NCBI GenBank assembly: GCA_052327205.1
Contig: CM126223.1
Span: 69,936,001 to 70,000,000, forward strand
Length of the DNA: 64,000 nucleotides
Reading direction: 5' to 3'
Origin: Somniosus microcephalus
Lineage: Eukaryota
Shown one piece after another: positions 63,913 through 64,000 of this stretch. Position numbers and translations under genes: made by a program. Numbering within the stretch: position 1 is the first letter of the stretch; the number at the start of each line of letters is the position of its first letter. The notes below the pieces were generated by a model, which saw only the letters and a list, made by a program, of their open reading frames with translations, ran no database searches and had not been told where the DNA came from.

Positions 63913-64000
63913 CTACACAAATGAAAAGAAGGAATTTCTATAGGACAAAACAGCACTAGAGCACAATTTACATAAACAAATGCAGAAAAATGTAAAGTTG

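Overview
Vertebrate genomic DNA, almost certainly from a cartilaginous fish (shark), judged by its repeats: HE1-type V-SINEs, SacSINE1-type DeuSINEs, CR1 3' tails and Penelope-derived palindromes. Two convergent spliced genes are present. On + is a complete 4-exon group III secreted phospholipase A2-like gene (CDS 9539-14161, about 654 aa). It lies in the position of mammalian PROCA1 but has an intact signal peptide, furin site, Ca2+ loop and His/Asp catalytic residues. On - are the last 26 coding exons of SUPT6H/Spt6 (29673-63912, about 1272 aa); every junction I checked is GT-AG and phase-compatible, and the 5' exons lie beyond the window. Between the genes is a young, full-length but disabled Ty3/gypsy (Mag-like) LTR retrotransposon (18277-23057) with 273-bp LTRs differing at 3 sites, a GGAGC TSD and a tRNA-Leu-type PBS. 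The rest is LINE/SINE debris, Harbinger, hAT and Tigger-like MITEs, and a solo LTR. The most interesting points are: the probably catalytically competent PROCA1 orthologue with a repeated C-terminal motif; CTCF-like motifs carried by two unrelated LTR families; six copies of an RFX-box-bearing MITE confined to the SUPT6H locus; and a near-perfect 84-bp-arm intronic hairpin. There are no prokaryotic systems (CRISPR etc.). I found no clearly novel system; the findings are hypotheses. Repeat family names are from recalled consensus features, and repeat boundaries are approximate unless a TSD or TIR is quoted.
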